The notes beneath the pieces were generated by a model, which worked only from the letters and a program-made list of their open reading frames with translations, ran no database searches and was not told the DNA's origin. The position numbers were made by a program, and so were the translations under genes. Below, piece after piece: positions 16,675-24,561 of a DNA stretch of 32,000 nt (position 1 is its first letter; every line of letters begins with the position of its first letter). The stretch lies in the NCBI RefSeq assembly GCF_000734015.1, contig NZ_CP008796.1:750001-782000 (forward strand), read 5' to 3'. The stretch is from Thermodesulfobacterium commune DSM 2178. Its GTDB lineage: Bacteria > Desulfobacterota > Thermodesulfobacteria > Thermodesulfobacteriales > Thermodesulfobacteriaceae.

Positions 16675-17193
16675 TTACTTAAATTTGTTATATTGAATGA
16701 TGTTAATGTTTCCTCCATTTCCATAGTGAGTTAATGAATAGCTTAAATTTGAACCGCTTTGTAAAGCAAAAATGTTATTTAAATTTCCAAAAATGTTTAA
16801 ATAAATAGAGTTGTAGCTACCTAACTGAAGCTCTTTTATACTGTTTCCTATACCATTTTCAACCACTGAGGAATAATTATTATTTCCTGTTTGATAATTG
16901 GAGAAATAATTGTTTGAACCTGTTTGAATAAGAATAGAGCGGTTCTTAAAATCACTTTGGTAAGAAGAGGCAAAATTAAAAAAACCAATCTGTTCAATTT
17001 TAGCATCGTTTAACATTCCATTTTGGTTTATTTCTGCAAAGTTTTTAAGTCCCCTCTGTTCAATGTAGGCTGAATTTTCAATTCCTACTTGTTCAATATA
17101 GGCTGAATTAGAATCAGAAAAAGAAATCTTAGGCAAAAGAAATATAAAGAAAATCAACCATAAGAAACTACTTAATAACTTTTTAGCAACCAT
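16675..17193 (-). CDS. Curlin-repeat protein (minor or nucleator subunit, CsgB-like)
   Basis: 172 aa with a signal peptide. Repeated N-x-A-x-I-x-Q-x-G motif (NSAYIEQVG, NSAYIEQRG, NFAEINQNG, NDAKIEQIG). The repeats become degenerate toward the C-terminus. Confidence 0.7.
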   Translation of the reverse strand: MVAKKLLSSFLWLIFFIFLLPKISFSDSNSAYIEQVGIENSAYIEQRGLKNFAEINQNGMLNDAKIEQIGFFNFASSYQSDFKNRSILIQTGSNNYFSNYQTGNNNYSSVVENGIGNSIKELQLGSYNSIYLNIFGNLNNIFALQSGSNLSYSLTHYGNGGNINIIQYNKFK

Positions 17194-17256
17194 TTTTAAC
17201 TCCTTTTGAGAAACTTTTTTAAAATTTTACCTGGCACAGAGGGGAAAATTCAAATT

Positions 17257-17841
17257 TTACTTCTGAGTTATGGTTGCTGTATTATACGAACCATACTGAG
17301 TAATGTTTGCAGTATAGTATCCGTATCCGTTAGTCATACCCTGAGTTATGGTAGCAGTATTTCCTACGGAATAGCCTATACCTTGTACGATGTTTGCGTA
17401 ATTATGATCAGAGTATTGATCTATGGTTGCTTCATTTCCGAATCCATTTTGAGTAATAAAAGCATCATTATGATCTGCAAACCAATGTTGAGTAATATCA
17501 GCAGTGTTATAGCCTCCGTTTTGCTTAATAACAGCTTCGTTATGATTAGACCAACCTAATTGCTGAATATTTGCAACATTTGAAAAACCATTCTGCTTGA
17601 TTTCAGCGTAGTTGTTATTGTTATTATCTTGAGTAACAGAAGCAGTATTCCCACTACCTATTTGCTCAATGATGGCTTCAGTGCATCCTGTATAGCCATT
17701 TCCTCCACAATTAGGTTGAGAATTTCCACCACCACAATTACCACCCCAGCAATTATTCCAACCTGATGCCATTGCTGGTGTTACTAATGCTAAACTAAAA
17801 AGCCCTGCAATTAATACCTTTTTAATACTCATTTGTGACAC
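17257..17841 (-). CDS. Curlin-repeat protein (major subunit, CsgA-like)
   Basis: 194 aa with a signal peptide (…TPAMA/SG) and a Gly/Asn/Cys-rich N-terminal segment. About six curlin repeats follow (AIIEQIGSGNTASVTQ, AEIKQNGFSNVANIQQ, AVIKQNGGYNTADITQ, AFITQNGFGNEATIDQ, ...TANITQYGSYNTATITQ). Confidence 0.75.
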   Translation of the reverse strand: MSQMSIKKVLIAGLFSLALVTPAMASGWNNCWGGNCGGGNSQPNCGGNGYTGCTEAIIEQIGSGNTASVTQDNNNNNYAEIKQNGFSNVANIQQLGWSNHNEAVIKQNGGYNTADITQHWFADHNDAFITQNGFGNEATIDQYSDHNYANIVQGIGYSVGNTATITQGMTNGYGYYTANITQYGSYNTATITQK

Positions 17842-18027
17842 CTCCTTTTTTAATTTTAACCCCTCTATGCCAGACTTTTGCTTTCTGCTGCTTTTTTAAT
17901 TTCTTTATAATTAAAATTATGGATTTGAAAAATTAAAAACAAATTGACAAAAAGTTCAAAGTTAAAAAAAATTTAGACTTTAAAAATTAGTTATAAAAAA
18001 ATTAAAACTTTAGTAGTAAAACTTTAA

Positions 18028-18609
18028 TTAAAAATGGTTAATTTCAAGGAAAATACTGACTAACTGAGTTCTGCTTTGTACATTAAGTTTTCGGAAAATT
18101 CTATTTAGATGAGCTTTTACAGTTTGTTCACTTATGTTTAATTTGTCTGCTATTTGTTTATTAGAAAGTCCTTTACAAACTAAAGAAATTATTTCTTTTT
18201 CCTTAGGAGTAAGAGGAAGTCTTTTCTCTTTTAAGTTTTCGAGATTATTAACTAATTGTTTTAAGTATTTATTATCAATCCATATTTCTCCCTTTTTTAT
18301 AACTTTTAAAGCTTTTTTAAAAAGCTCAAGATCCGTATAAAGGGCTATTATTCCTGATAATTTATGTTGAACCATAGCTCTTAGTAAAAGATTAGGCTTT
18401 ATTCCTGTATCTACAAGAACAACTTTAGCTTTTGGATAATTTGATAAAATTTCTGAATTTAAACTAAAAAAATCAGTTAAAATAATTTCTGGATCTTTAC
18501 AAATTTTTTCCTCAGCTATGCAAGGAATGAAATCTTCTAAATTTTTTAAAAGATTGTAAAAAGCTTGAGTAACAAGGTTGTTTTTGAAATTAAGCAGTAC
18601 TTCTATCAA
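18028..18609 (-). CDS. LuxR/FixJ-family transcriptional regulator, CsgD-like
   Basis: 193 aa. The C-terminal HTH is LTPKEKEIISLVCKGLSNKQIADKLNISEQTVKAHLNRIFRKLNV. Has an N-terminal receiver-like domain. It is the first gene of the curli locus. It starts at a TTG codon (18609-18607) with an AGGA RBS about 9 nt upstream. Confidence 0.7.
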   Translation of the reverse strand: MIEVLLNFKNNLVTQAFYNLLKNLEDFIPCIAEEKICKDPEIILTDFFSLNSEILSNYPKAKVVLVDTGIKPNLLLRAMVQHKLSGIIALYTDLELFKKALKVIKKGEIWIDNKYLKQLVNNLENLKEKRLPLTPKEKEIISLVCKGLSNKQIADKLNISEQTVKAHLNRIFRKLNVQSRTQLVSIFLEINHF

Positions 18610-18702
18610 AACTTAGATCCTTAAATTATGTCTAAACCTCAAAATATATCTATTTTAAAACTTATCATAAATAAATTAAAAAACAACAAACTTAGGGAAC
18701 CC

Positions 18703-19591
18703 TAATTTACCGATAGGAATTTATATTCATTCATATCTCCCCCATTTTCCAATTGCTCTAAACGATTTATAATATCACCCATCAGGTGAAAAATTCCTAA
18801 ACCTAAGAAGATTTTGTAATGCCGCAAAACTCTCTTAACTTCAAAATCCTAAAAACTAACGAACCTATCACCCCTTGTTCAGGTCTTGATCTCGTTGATG
18901 CCTTCCTGAAAAACTATGTAATAAAAACCTTAATAGACCAACATATGCCTCTACCTGGTTCAAACAGAGGGTACAACGCCTAAACAATATATTCAACCTA
19001 TCCTTCTTATCCTTATCGGTGGAGGCCGTTATGTAGAAGATCTACATGGTCTGACCCTACGATTATACAAGCAGAAAAGCAGACAGCCAAGATGACTTAC
19101 AAGGGGTTTCGTGGATATAGACCTATTATTACGGCCTTTAAAGAGATACCATTGATAGTTTATCATGAATTTAAGGATAGGAATAGACATGATGGGCATT
19201 TAAGGGCGATAGAAGCGGCTTTTGAGGTTTTGCCTGAGGTAAAGAGGATAGTACATGTATCGCTTGATTCTGAGTATTACAGTTCTTCGGTGATAAATTA
19301 TTTGATGAAAAAAGAGGGCTAAGGTGATAGAGGTATTTTCAGGAGTGGATTCAGTTTGTAAGGTGGTATATTTGGTATTGTTGGAGATGAACGAGAGATA
19401 CAGGGGTAGGAGTTTACCTGGATTTAAAGAAGCGATATCTAATTTTAGGAGGGAGTCTTCTTACCCAAAATTGGTAGACACAATTAAATAAACACTATAT
19501 TAGAAAATTTTTTAACCCGATGGGTAATATTAAAAGAACAGGTAGAGGATGAGGGAATTATAAATGATTATAAGTTCCTGTCGGGAAATTT
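18703..19591 (+). mobile_element. IS1380-family element, internally deleted non-autonomous relic (~0.9 kb)
   Basis: The terminal inverted repeats 18703-18733 and 19561-19591 match at 25 of 31 positions, counted by hand. Subterminal similarity extends about 90 bp further. The interior holds only broken transposase pieces. Confidence 0.65.
18819..19322 (+). pseudogene. IS1380-family transposase remnants (frameshifts and internal deletion)
   Basis: Three pieces in different frames. The first is MPQNSLNFKILKTNEPITPCSGLDL...LPGSNRGYNA* from the ATG at 18819. The second is KQYIQPILLILIGGGRYVEDL.... The third is ORF 19092-19322 (TYKGFRGYRPIITAF...YHEFKDRN...VSLDSEYYSSSVINYL). Each matches conserved IS1380 blocks, but about 100 or more residues between the blocks are missing. 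Confidence 0.65.
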
Positions 19592-19637
19592 AAACCTCAA
19601 AGAAAGGGGCATAAAAATCAGAAGTTTTGAGAAAAAC

Positions 19638-21317
19638 TTAAAACACTGGATAAATTCTGTCTGCAACCATAGAAGTTTTGGTAACCTTAGGACCAAAAGG
19701 AGCTTGTTTCCGTTTAAACTCTGCCTTTTTAACCATGGATAAAACCTTTTCTACCACTGATTTTTCAAAACCTTTTTCTATGATAGAGTTAACGGAAGCT
19801 TTTTTTTCAAGATAGAGCTCTAAAATTTGATCAAGGATTTCATAAGTTGGTAAAACTTCATAGTCAGTTTGGCCTGGACGTAGTTCCGCAGAAGGGACTT
19901 TTAACAAAACCCTTTCTGGAATGTCAGGTTTCAAACTGTTTCTGTATTTAGCAAGCCTGTAAACCATAGTCTTATAAACGTCTACTATCGGAGCAAACCC
20001 TCCGGCTATATCTCCATAAAGGGTCCCATATCCAACCGCTGCCTCGCTTTTGTTTGAGGTACAAAGAACTAAATATCCTCTTTTGTTAGAAAGATAAAAT
20101 AAAATATTAGCTCGCAAACGAGCTTGAAGATTTTCGTCTGCCACGTCAAACTCAGGATAACCAAAAGTTTTTCTAAAAATTTCAAAAACCTCATCTATAG
20201 GATACTCTAAAAACTCTATGCCTAAATTCTGAGCCAATTGCATAGCGTCTTCTTTACTTTCTTTAGAGGTAAAGGGGGAAGGCATAAAAACTCCAACCAC
20301 TCTATCTTGACCTAAGGCATCAACGGCTATACAAGCTACTAGAGAAGAATCAATCCCTCCAGAAAGTCCTAAAACAACCTTTTTGAAACCACTTTTTTCT
20401 ACATAATCTCTCAAAGCTAAAACTAAAGCTTTATAAACTTCCTCTTCTTCAGAAAACTTAGCCTCTATTTTTCCTTTAAAACTCAAGAGCCTTCTTCTGT
20501 CTTCCAGAAAAACCTCATCAAAAAAGCAATACTCACAAGGTTCTTCTTTTTTTAGTTGAACATTAGACAGTTTTTTTCTCAAGATTGTGTCATAATCTAT
20601 TGATAAAATGCAAAAATCTTCTTCAAATCCAGAAAGAAGGGTTACTGTTTCTTCGTAAGGGTCTACTACAAAACTTCTTCCGTCAAAAACCCAACGTTCT
20701 TGTCCACCTATTAGATTTACACAAGCTACATAGGCGTTAAATCTCTGAGCTAAAACTTGACATACCTTTTCTCTTTCTTTAAAAGAGCCTTGATAATAAG
20801 GAAAAGCCCCTAAGTTTATCAAGAGGTCCACATCCATTTGGTTGTAAAAATGAAACCATCCGTTTTCTTTCCAGCAATCCCAACCTATGCTAACTCCTAT
20901 CTTAAATGTATTAAAGTTTATGACCAGGGGTTTAACCCCTGGCTGAAAATACCTTCCTTCATTAAAGGCCTCATCTAAACAGCGTTTATGATATCCTGCT
21001 AATATGGTCCCTTTTTTTACTATTAAAGCACTGTTAAACAGTCCTCGGTCAAAGTAAGGAGTACCTATAATAATGGTGGAATTGAAGTTTTCTGAAGCTT
21101 TTACCAACCTTTGTATGGTTTGTTTTAAGTTTACTAAAAAATCTGTTTCGAAAAAAAGGTCTGCTGGGAAAAAACCAGAAAGGGCAAATTCTGGAAAAAT
21201 TACTATGTGAGAATGCCCGTCAACTTGCCTCCAAACTTCTAAAACTTTGTTTAGGTTGTAATCAAAATTTCCTAAAGTTGGGTTTATTTGAATCAACGCT
21301 ATGTTTAGTTTATCCAT
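19638..21317 (-). CDS. nadE: Glutamine-dependent NAD+ synthetase
   Basis: 559 aa. N-terminal CN-hydrolase (glutaminase) domain and a C-terminal NAD synthetase domain with the PP-loop GLSGGIDSS. Confidence 0.9.
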   Translation of the reverse strand: MDKLNIALIQINPTLGNFDYNLNKVLEVWRQVDGHSHIVIFPEFALSGFFPADLFFETDFLVNLKQTIQRLVKASENFNSTIIIGTPYFDRGLFNSALIVKKGTILAGYHKRCLDEAFNEGRYFQPGVKPLVINFNTFKIGVSIGWDCWKENGWFHFYNQMDVDLLINLGAFPYYQGSFKEREKVCQVLAQRFNAYVACVNLIGGQERWVFDGRSFVVDPYEETVTLLSGFEEDFCILSIDYDTILRKKLSNVQLKKEEPCEYCFFDEVFLEDRRRLLSFKGKIEAKFSEEEEVYKALVLALRDYVEKSGFKKVVLGLSGGIDSSLVACIAVDALGQDRVVGVFMPSPFTSKESKEDAMQLAQNLGIEFLEYPIDEVFEIFRKTFGYPEFDVADENLQARLRANILFYLSNKRGYLVLCTSNKSEAAVGYGTLYGDIAGGFAPIVDVYKTMVYRLAKYRNSLKPDIPERVLLKVPSAELRPGQTDYEVLPTYEILDQILELYLEKKASVNSIIEKGFEKSVVEKVLSMVKKAEFKRKQAPFGPKVTKTSMVADRIYPVF

Positions 21318-21333
21318 TAGAGTTCTTCCCTCT

Positions 21334-22668
21334 CTAAAGGATAGGTAAATACTTCTCTAACTCATAAGGAAACACCTGTATTCTATATTCATCCCATTCC
21401 TTCTTTTTGCTTTCTATAAGATTATAAAAAGTATGTTCTCCCAAGGTCTCCCTAAGAAGCTCACTTTTTTCAGCATATTCTATAGCTTCTATTAAACTTC
21501 CTGGCAGATTATCTATTCCTAAAGCCGCTCTTTCCTCCGGGTCTAAGTGATATACATCAACCTCTACTGGTGGAGGTAATTCATATTTTTCTTTAATTCC
21601 TTTTAGACCTGCATTTAACATACAAGCGAATGCCAGATAAGGATTACAGGCAGGGTCAGGAGACCTAAGCTCAATCCTGGTGGCTTTTTCCTTCCCTGGT
21701 TTGTAAAGTGGTATCCTTATAAGTGCGGACCGATTTCTTCTTGCCCAACAGATGTAAACAGGTGCCTCATAACCAGGCACAAGCCTTTTATAAGAATTTA
21801 CCCACTGGTTAAGCACTAAGGTTATCTCTTTTATATGTTTTAAAAGACCTGCGGTATAATGTTTGGCCACATCAGACAAATAAAAAGGATCTTTAGGATC
21901 AAAAAAGGCATTTTTATCACCTACAAAAAGAGATTGATGAGTATGCATTCCACTTCCACATTTTCCGAAAAGAGGTTTGGGCATAAAGGTTGCATAGACA
22001 CCATATCTTTTAGCTATTTCCTTAACCACTACCCTATAGGTCATAACTATGTCTGCCATCGTCAAGGCTTCTGCATATCTTAAATCGATTTCATGTTGAG
22101 AAGGAGCTACTTCATGATGGGAATATTCAACCTTTATACCCATCTTTTCTAAAGTAAGAATAGTATCTCTTCTAATGTTTTCAGCAGCATCTAAAGAATA
22201 GTCAAAATAACCTGCCTCATCTAAAGGCTCAGGATATTTATCTGACTTGAAATAAAAAAACTCAAGCTCAGGACCAATGTAAAAGGTGTAACCAAGTTTG
22301 GCGGCTTTTTCAAGGTTCAATTTTAATATATATCTTGGGTCACCTTTATATGGAGTACCACCTGGCTCATAAATATCACAAAACATTCTGGCAGTGGTTT
22401 TCTCAGGAGAAGTCCAAGGTAAAAGGGCAAAAGTTGAAGGGTCAGGTATAGCTATCATGTCTGATTCATCAATCCTTGCAAAACCATGAATGGAAGAACC
22501 ATCAAACCCCATACCCTCTTCAAAGGCTGCTTCTAACTCTTCTACTGCAACCGTAAAACTTTTTAGCTGACCTAAAATGTCTGTAAACCATAGACTAACA
22601 AACTTAACGTTGTGTTGTTTAATAAGCTCTTGAACATCCTTTTTATCCCTGGGTTTATCGAATAACAT
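21334..22668 (-). CDS. glnA: Glutamine synthetase, type I
   Basis: About 444 aa with canonical GS-I blocks (FDGSSI, GPELEFF, KPLFGKCGSGMHTHQS, NSYKRLVPGYEAP, RIELRSPD). The ORF track starts at a TTG (22674). The ATG at 22668 is better spaced from the AAGGAGG RBS. Confidence 0.93.
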   Translation of the reverse strand: MLFDKPRDKKDVQELIKQHNVKFVSLWFTDILGQLKSFTVAVEELEAAFEEGMGFDGSSIHGFARIDESDMIAIPDPSTFALLPWTSPEKTTARMFCDIYEPGGTPYKGDPRYILKLNLEKAAKLGYTFYIGPELEFFYFKSDKYPEPLDEAGYFDYSLDAAENIRRDTILTLEKMGIKVEYSHHEVAPSQHEIDLRYAEALTMADIVMTYRVVVKEIAKRYGVYATFMPKPLFGKCGSGMHTHQSLFVGDKNAFFDPKDPFYLSDVAKHYTAGLLKHIKEITLVLNQWVNSYKRLVPGYEAPVYICWARRNRSALIRIPLYKPGKEKATRIELRSPDPACNPYLAFACMLNAGLKGIKEKYELPPPVEVDVYHLDPEERAALGIDNLPGSLIEAIEYAEKSELLRETLGEHTFYNLIESKKKEWDEYRIQVFPYELEKYLPIL

Positions 22669-22740
22669 CTTCAAGAGCCTCCTTAAAGATTAATAATTTT
22701 TAATAATTAAACCGCAAAATAAAAAAAAGTAAACCTTTAA

Positions 22741-22780
22741 CAAAAAAGGGAGGTAGACAAAAAAATTTGTCTACCTCCCT
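22741..22780 (-). terminator. Rho-independent terminator after the gltB-like gene
   Basis: Perfect 13-bp stem GGGAGGTAGACAA (22748-22760) / TTGTCTACCTCCC (22767-22779) with a 6-nt loop. It is flanked by an A-run and a T-run, so it is followed by U-rich sequence on either strand. Confidence 0.65.
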
Positions 22781-22822
22781 TTTAAAAATTTAATACTCCA
22801 AAAAGATCGATGATCTTTCAAC

Positions 22823-24403
22823 CTATCCTAAAAGAATTTCATAAGCTTTTTCCATATCTGCTTCCATCACATAGGGAATACCAGTAACCTCGGCAGCTTC
22901 TTTGGTAAGGGCTACCAAATCGTTTCTGTCAAGATATTCGATAGAGAATTTTCTCGCTCCAGCCATAAGCTGTTTCAATCCGATGGTAAGCCTTTCTACG
23001 AAAGTATACATGGCTACAGCGCCCCAAGGTATTTTTTCAAAATCTTTTCCATATTTGTTTTTAAGCACCTCTGTGTTGATAAAAATCTGTTCTAAGGACT
23101 CACCATACTTTTTAATTTCAGGAGGAAGTTTTCCTTCTTTATACCAGTTGGCGATGTTTTTACCCACAAAGGCTGGGATCATTAAAGCCCTTCCCATACA
23201 AACTGCTTTAAAGAAAGGAGCTCCAAGAGCCAAGGCTTTAAAAATATGATCTTCTAAAGAGAAACCACCTGCTATCGCTAAATCAGGCACATATTTTCCT
23301 CTGGCTGCAAGTTCTTTAGCAAAGTTGTAAGCTATAGACTGTAAGTAAATAGTAGGAATACCCCATTCGTTCATCATCCTCCATGGGCTCATACCGGTAC
23401 CACCACCAGCTCCGTCTATGGTCACAAGGTCAATCCCAGCATCAGAAGCAAATCTTAAAGCCCTGGCAAGGTCAGTAACCCTATAGGCACCTGTTTTTAA
23501 AGAAATAAACTTAGCACCAACCTTTCTGTAATATTCTACAGTTTTCATAAAATCATCATAATCTACCATACCGAGCCTTGAATGTCTTTCAAATTCTTTT
23601 ATTTCACCTTTTTTAAACGCTTCCTGAATAACAGGATCTTCTGGGTCAGGAACAACGATATAACCTCTTTTCTTAAGCTCTAAAGCTCTTTCCAAGGTTT
23701 TTAGCTTAACCTCTCCTCCGATGTCTTTAGCTCCCTGTCCCCACTTTATTTCAATGCAGTTAACCCCTAACTTTTCTATGGCATACTCAGCAGAACCAAG
23801 TCTCGAATCCTCTATGTTCTGTTGTAAAATAACCTCTCCATAACCTTCATACCAATCTTTGAAAGCCTTAACCCTTCTTTCAAGCTCTGGGGATTTGATA
23901 ACCTTGCCGTTTTTAAACTCGGCATCTGGGTCCATACCTACCACGTTTTCTCCAATGACTACCATAATACCAGAAATAGCAGCACCGATGGCTAATTCAT
24001 TCCAGTTGTTTTTAGCTATATCAGTAGAACCTAAAGCTCCGGTAAAAATAGGAATACGAAGTTTGATTTTGTAATTTCTACCTATTTCTCTTTCTGTATT
24101 AACCGCAGGAAACGTAGCTTTATCCGGGTCTGGCTCAATACCAACAGCCCCCACACAAGTACCTTGAATGTTAAGATGAGAGTAATCTACAGGATATTTT
24201 TTGGTAGCACCTGCAGTAACTTTTCCAAAAGGTTGAGGATAGAGAATCTCTCTTCCTCTAAAAGAGGACTTGCCTACTTCACAAAAGCCCGGACATCCGT
24301 CTAAACAAACAGAACAAATACCAGAGTATGGTGCCGGGTCAGAAACCCTATTACGGGTACCTGTAGCAGAACTAGCATTAGGTTGACCTGGATAAACGCT
24401 CAT
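22823..24403 (-). CDS. Glutamate synthase-related FMN-binding protein (GltB domain-2 type) with N-terminal Cys cluster
   Basis: About 526 aa. N-terminal CSVCLDGCPGFCEVG, then a TIM-barrel FMN domain (ISLKTGAY..., IDGAGGGTGMSP, IAGGF). The likely start is the ATG at 24403, preceded by GGAGGGAGGGGG. The ORF-track start at 24421 is a GTG inside that RBS. Confidence 0.8.
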   Translation of the reverse strand: MSVYPGQPNASSATGTRNRVSDPAPYSGICSVCLDGCPGFCEVGKSSFRGREILYPQPFGKVTAGATKKYPVDYSHLNIQGTCVGAVGIEPDPDKATFPAVNTEREIGRNYKIKLRIPIFTGALGSTDIAKNNWNELAIGAAISGIMVVIGENVVGMDPDAEFKNGKVIKSPELERRVKAFKDWYEGYGEVILQQNIEDSRLGSAEYAIEKLGVNCIEIKWGQGAKDIGGEVKLKTLERALELKKRGYIVVPDPEDPVIQEAFKKGEIKEFERHSRLGMVDYDDFMKTVEYYRKVGAKFISLKTGAYRVTDLARALRFASDAGIDLVTIDGAGGGTGMSPWRMMNEWGIPTIYLQSIAYNFAKELAARGKYVPDLAIAGGFSLEDHIFKALALGAPFFKAVCMGRALMIPAFVGKNIANWYKEGKLPPEIKKYGESLEQIFINTEVLKNKYGKDFEKIPWGAVAMYTFVERLTIGLKQLMAGARKFSIEYLDRNDLVALTKEAAEVTGIPYVMEADMEKAYEILLG

Positions 24404-24443
24404 AATTCCCCCTCCCTCCACAAAATTTATTTTACTTTTTTAT

Positions 24444-24459
24444 TGCAAGAAGTATGCCA
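24444..24459 (-). promoter_or_regulatory. Sigma-54 (-24/-12) promoter
   Basis: The minus strand reads TGGCATACTTCTTGCA. This matches the TGGCAC-N5-TTGCW consensus with exact GG/GC spacing, about 40 nt upstream of the gltB-like ATG and just downstream of a sigma-54 activator gene. Confidence 0.65.
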
Positions 24460-24512
24460 TTAATCAACATCCAAAAATAGTGAAAAATTTTTAAGGAAAA
24501 TGATGACAAAAT

Positions 24513-24527
24513 TGTTCCAAAAGAACA
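24513..24527. promoter_or_regulatory. Perfect palindrome, candidate enhancer-binding-protein site (UAS)
   Basis: TGTTC-CAAAA-GAACA lies about 60 nt upstream of the sigma-54 promoter. This is the usual distance range for EBP sites. Confidence 0.3.
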
Positions 24528-24561
24528 AAATTGTATATTTAGAACCAAAAGATGAAAATAA

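Noticed and set aside
15303-17559. Plus-strand ORFs 15303-15602, 15791-15979 and 17206-17559 across the curli genes
   Set aside because: They are antisense to csgG/csgF/csgE and to the CsgA-like gene, which are confidently identified. The 17206-17559 translation merely mirrors the curlin repeats.
16700-17700. Periodic DNA repeats in the curlin genes, considered as tandem-repeat or CRISPR-like structure
   Set aside because: The periodicity follows the ~22-residue curlin protein repeats and lies within continuous ORFs that have signal peptides. It is coding repeat structure, not a non-coding array.
4960-19591. Calling the IS-bracketed segment an active composite transposon
   Set aside because: Both IS1380-like copies are pseudogenised (premature stops, frameshifts, deletions). 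One is truncated on its outer side, and no target-site duplications flank the pair. Only the geometry is composite-transposon-like.
4930-19640. Search for a duplicated tmRNA 3' segment (attL/attR-type direct repeat of ..GGTTCGATTCCCGCCGCCTCCACCA) marking an integrase-mobilised island
   Set aside because: By eye, no second copy was found at 5360-5406, 14297-14494, 18610-18702 or 19592-19637, and no integrase gene is present. The segment is therefore reported as IS-bracketed rather than as a classical integrative island. A computational repeat search is still needed.
22675-22745. Looking for a second sigma-54 promoter upstream of glnA
   Set aside because: No GG-N10-GC element with correct spacing could be found between the terminator and the glnA start. 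glnA probably uses a different promoter that I cannot assign confidently.
24513-24527. Interpreting the palindrome as a canonical NifA UAS
   Set aside because: The NifA sites I know follow TGT-N10-ACA. This site is TGT-N9-ACA (TGTTC-N5-GAACA), and no nif genes are present. It is kept only as a generic EBP-site candidate.
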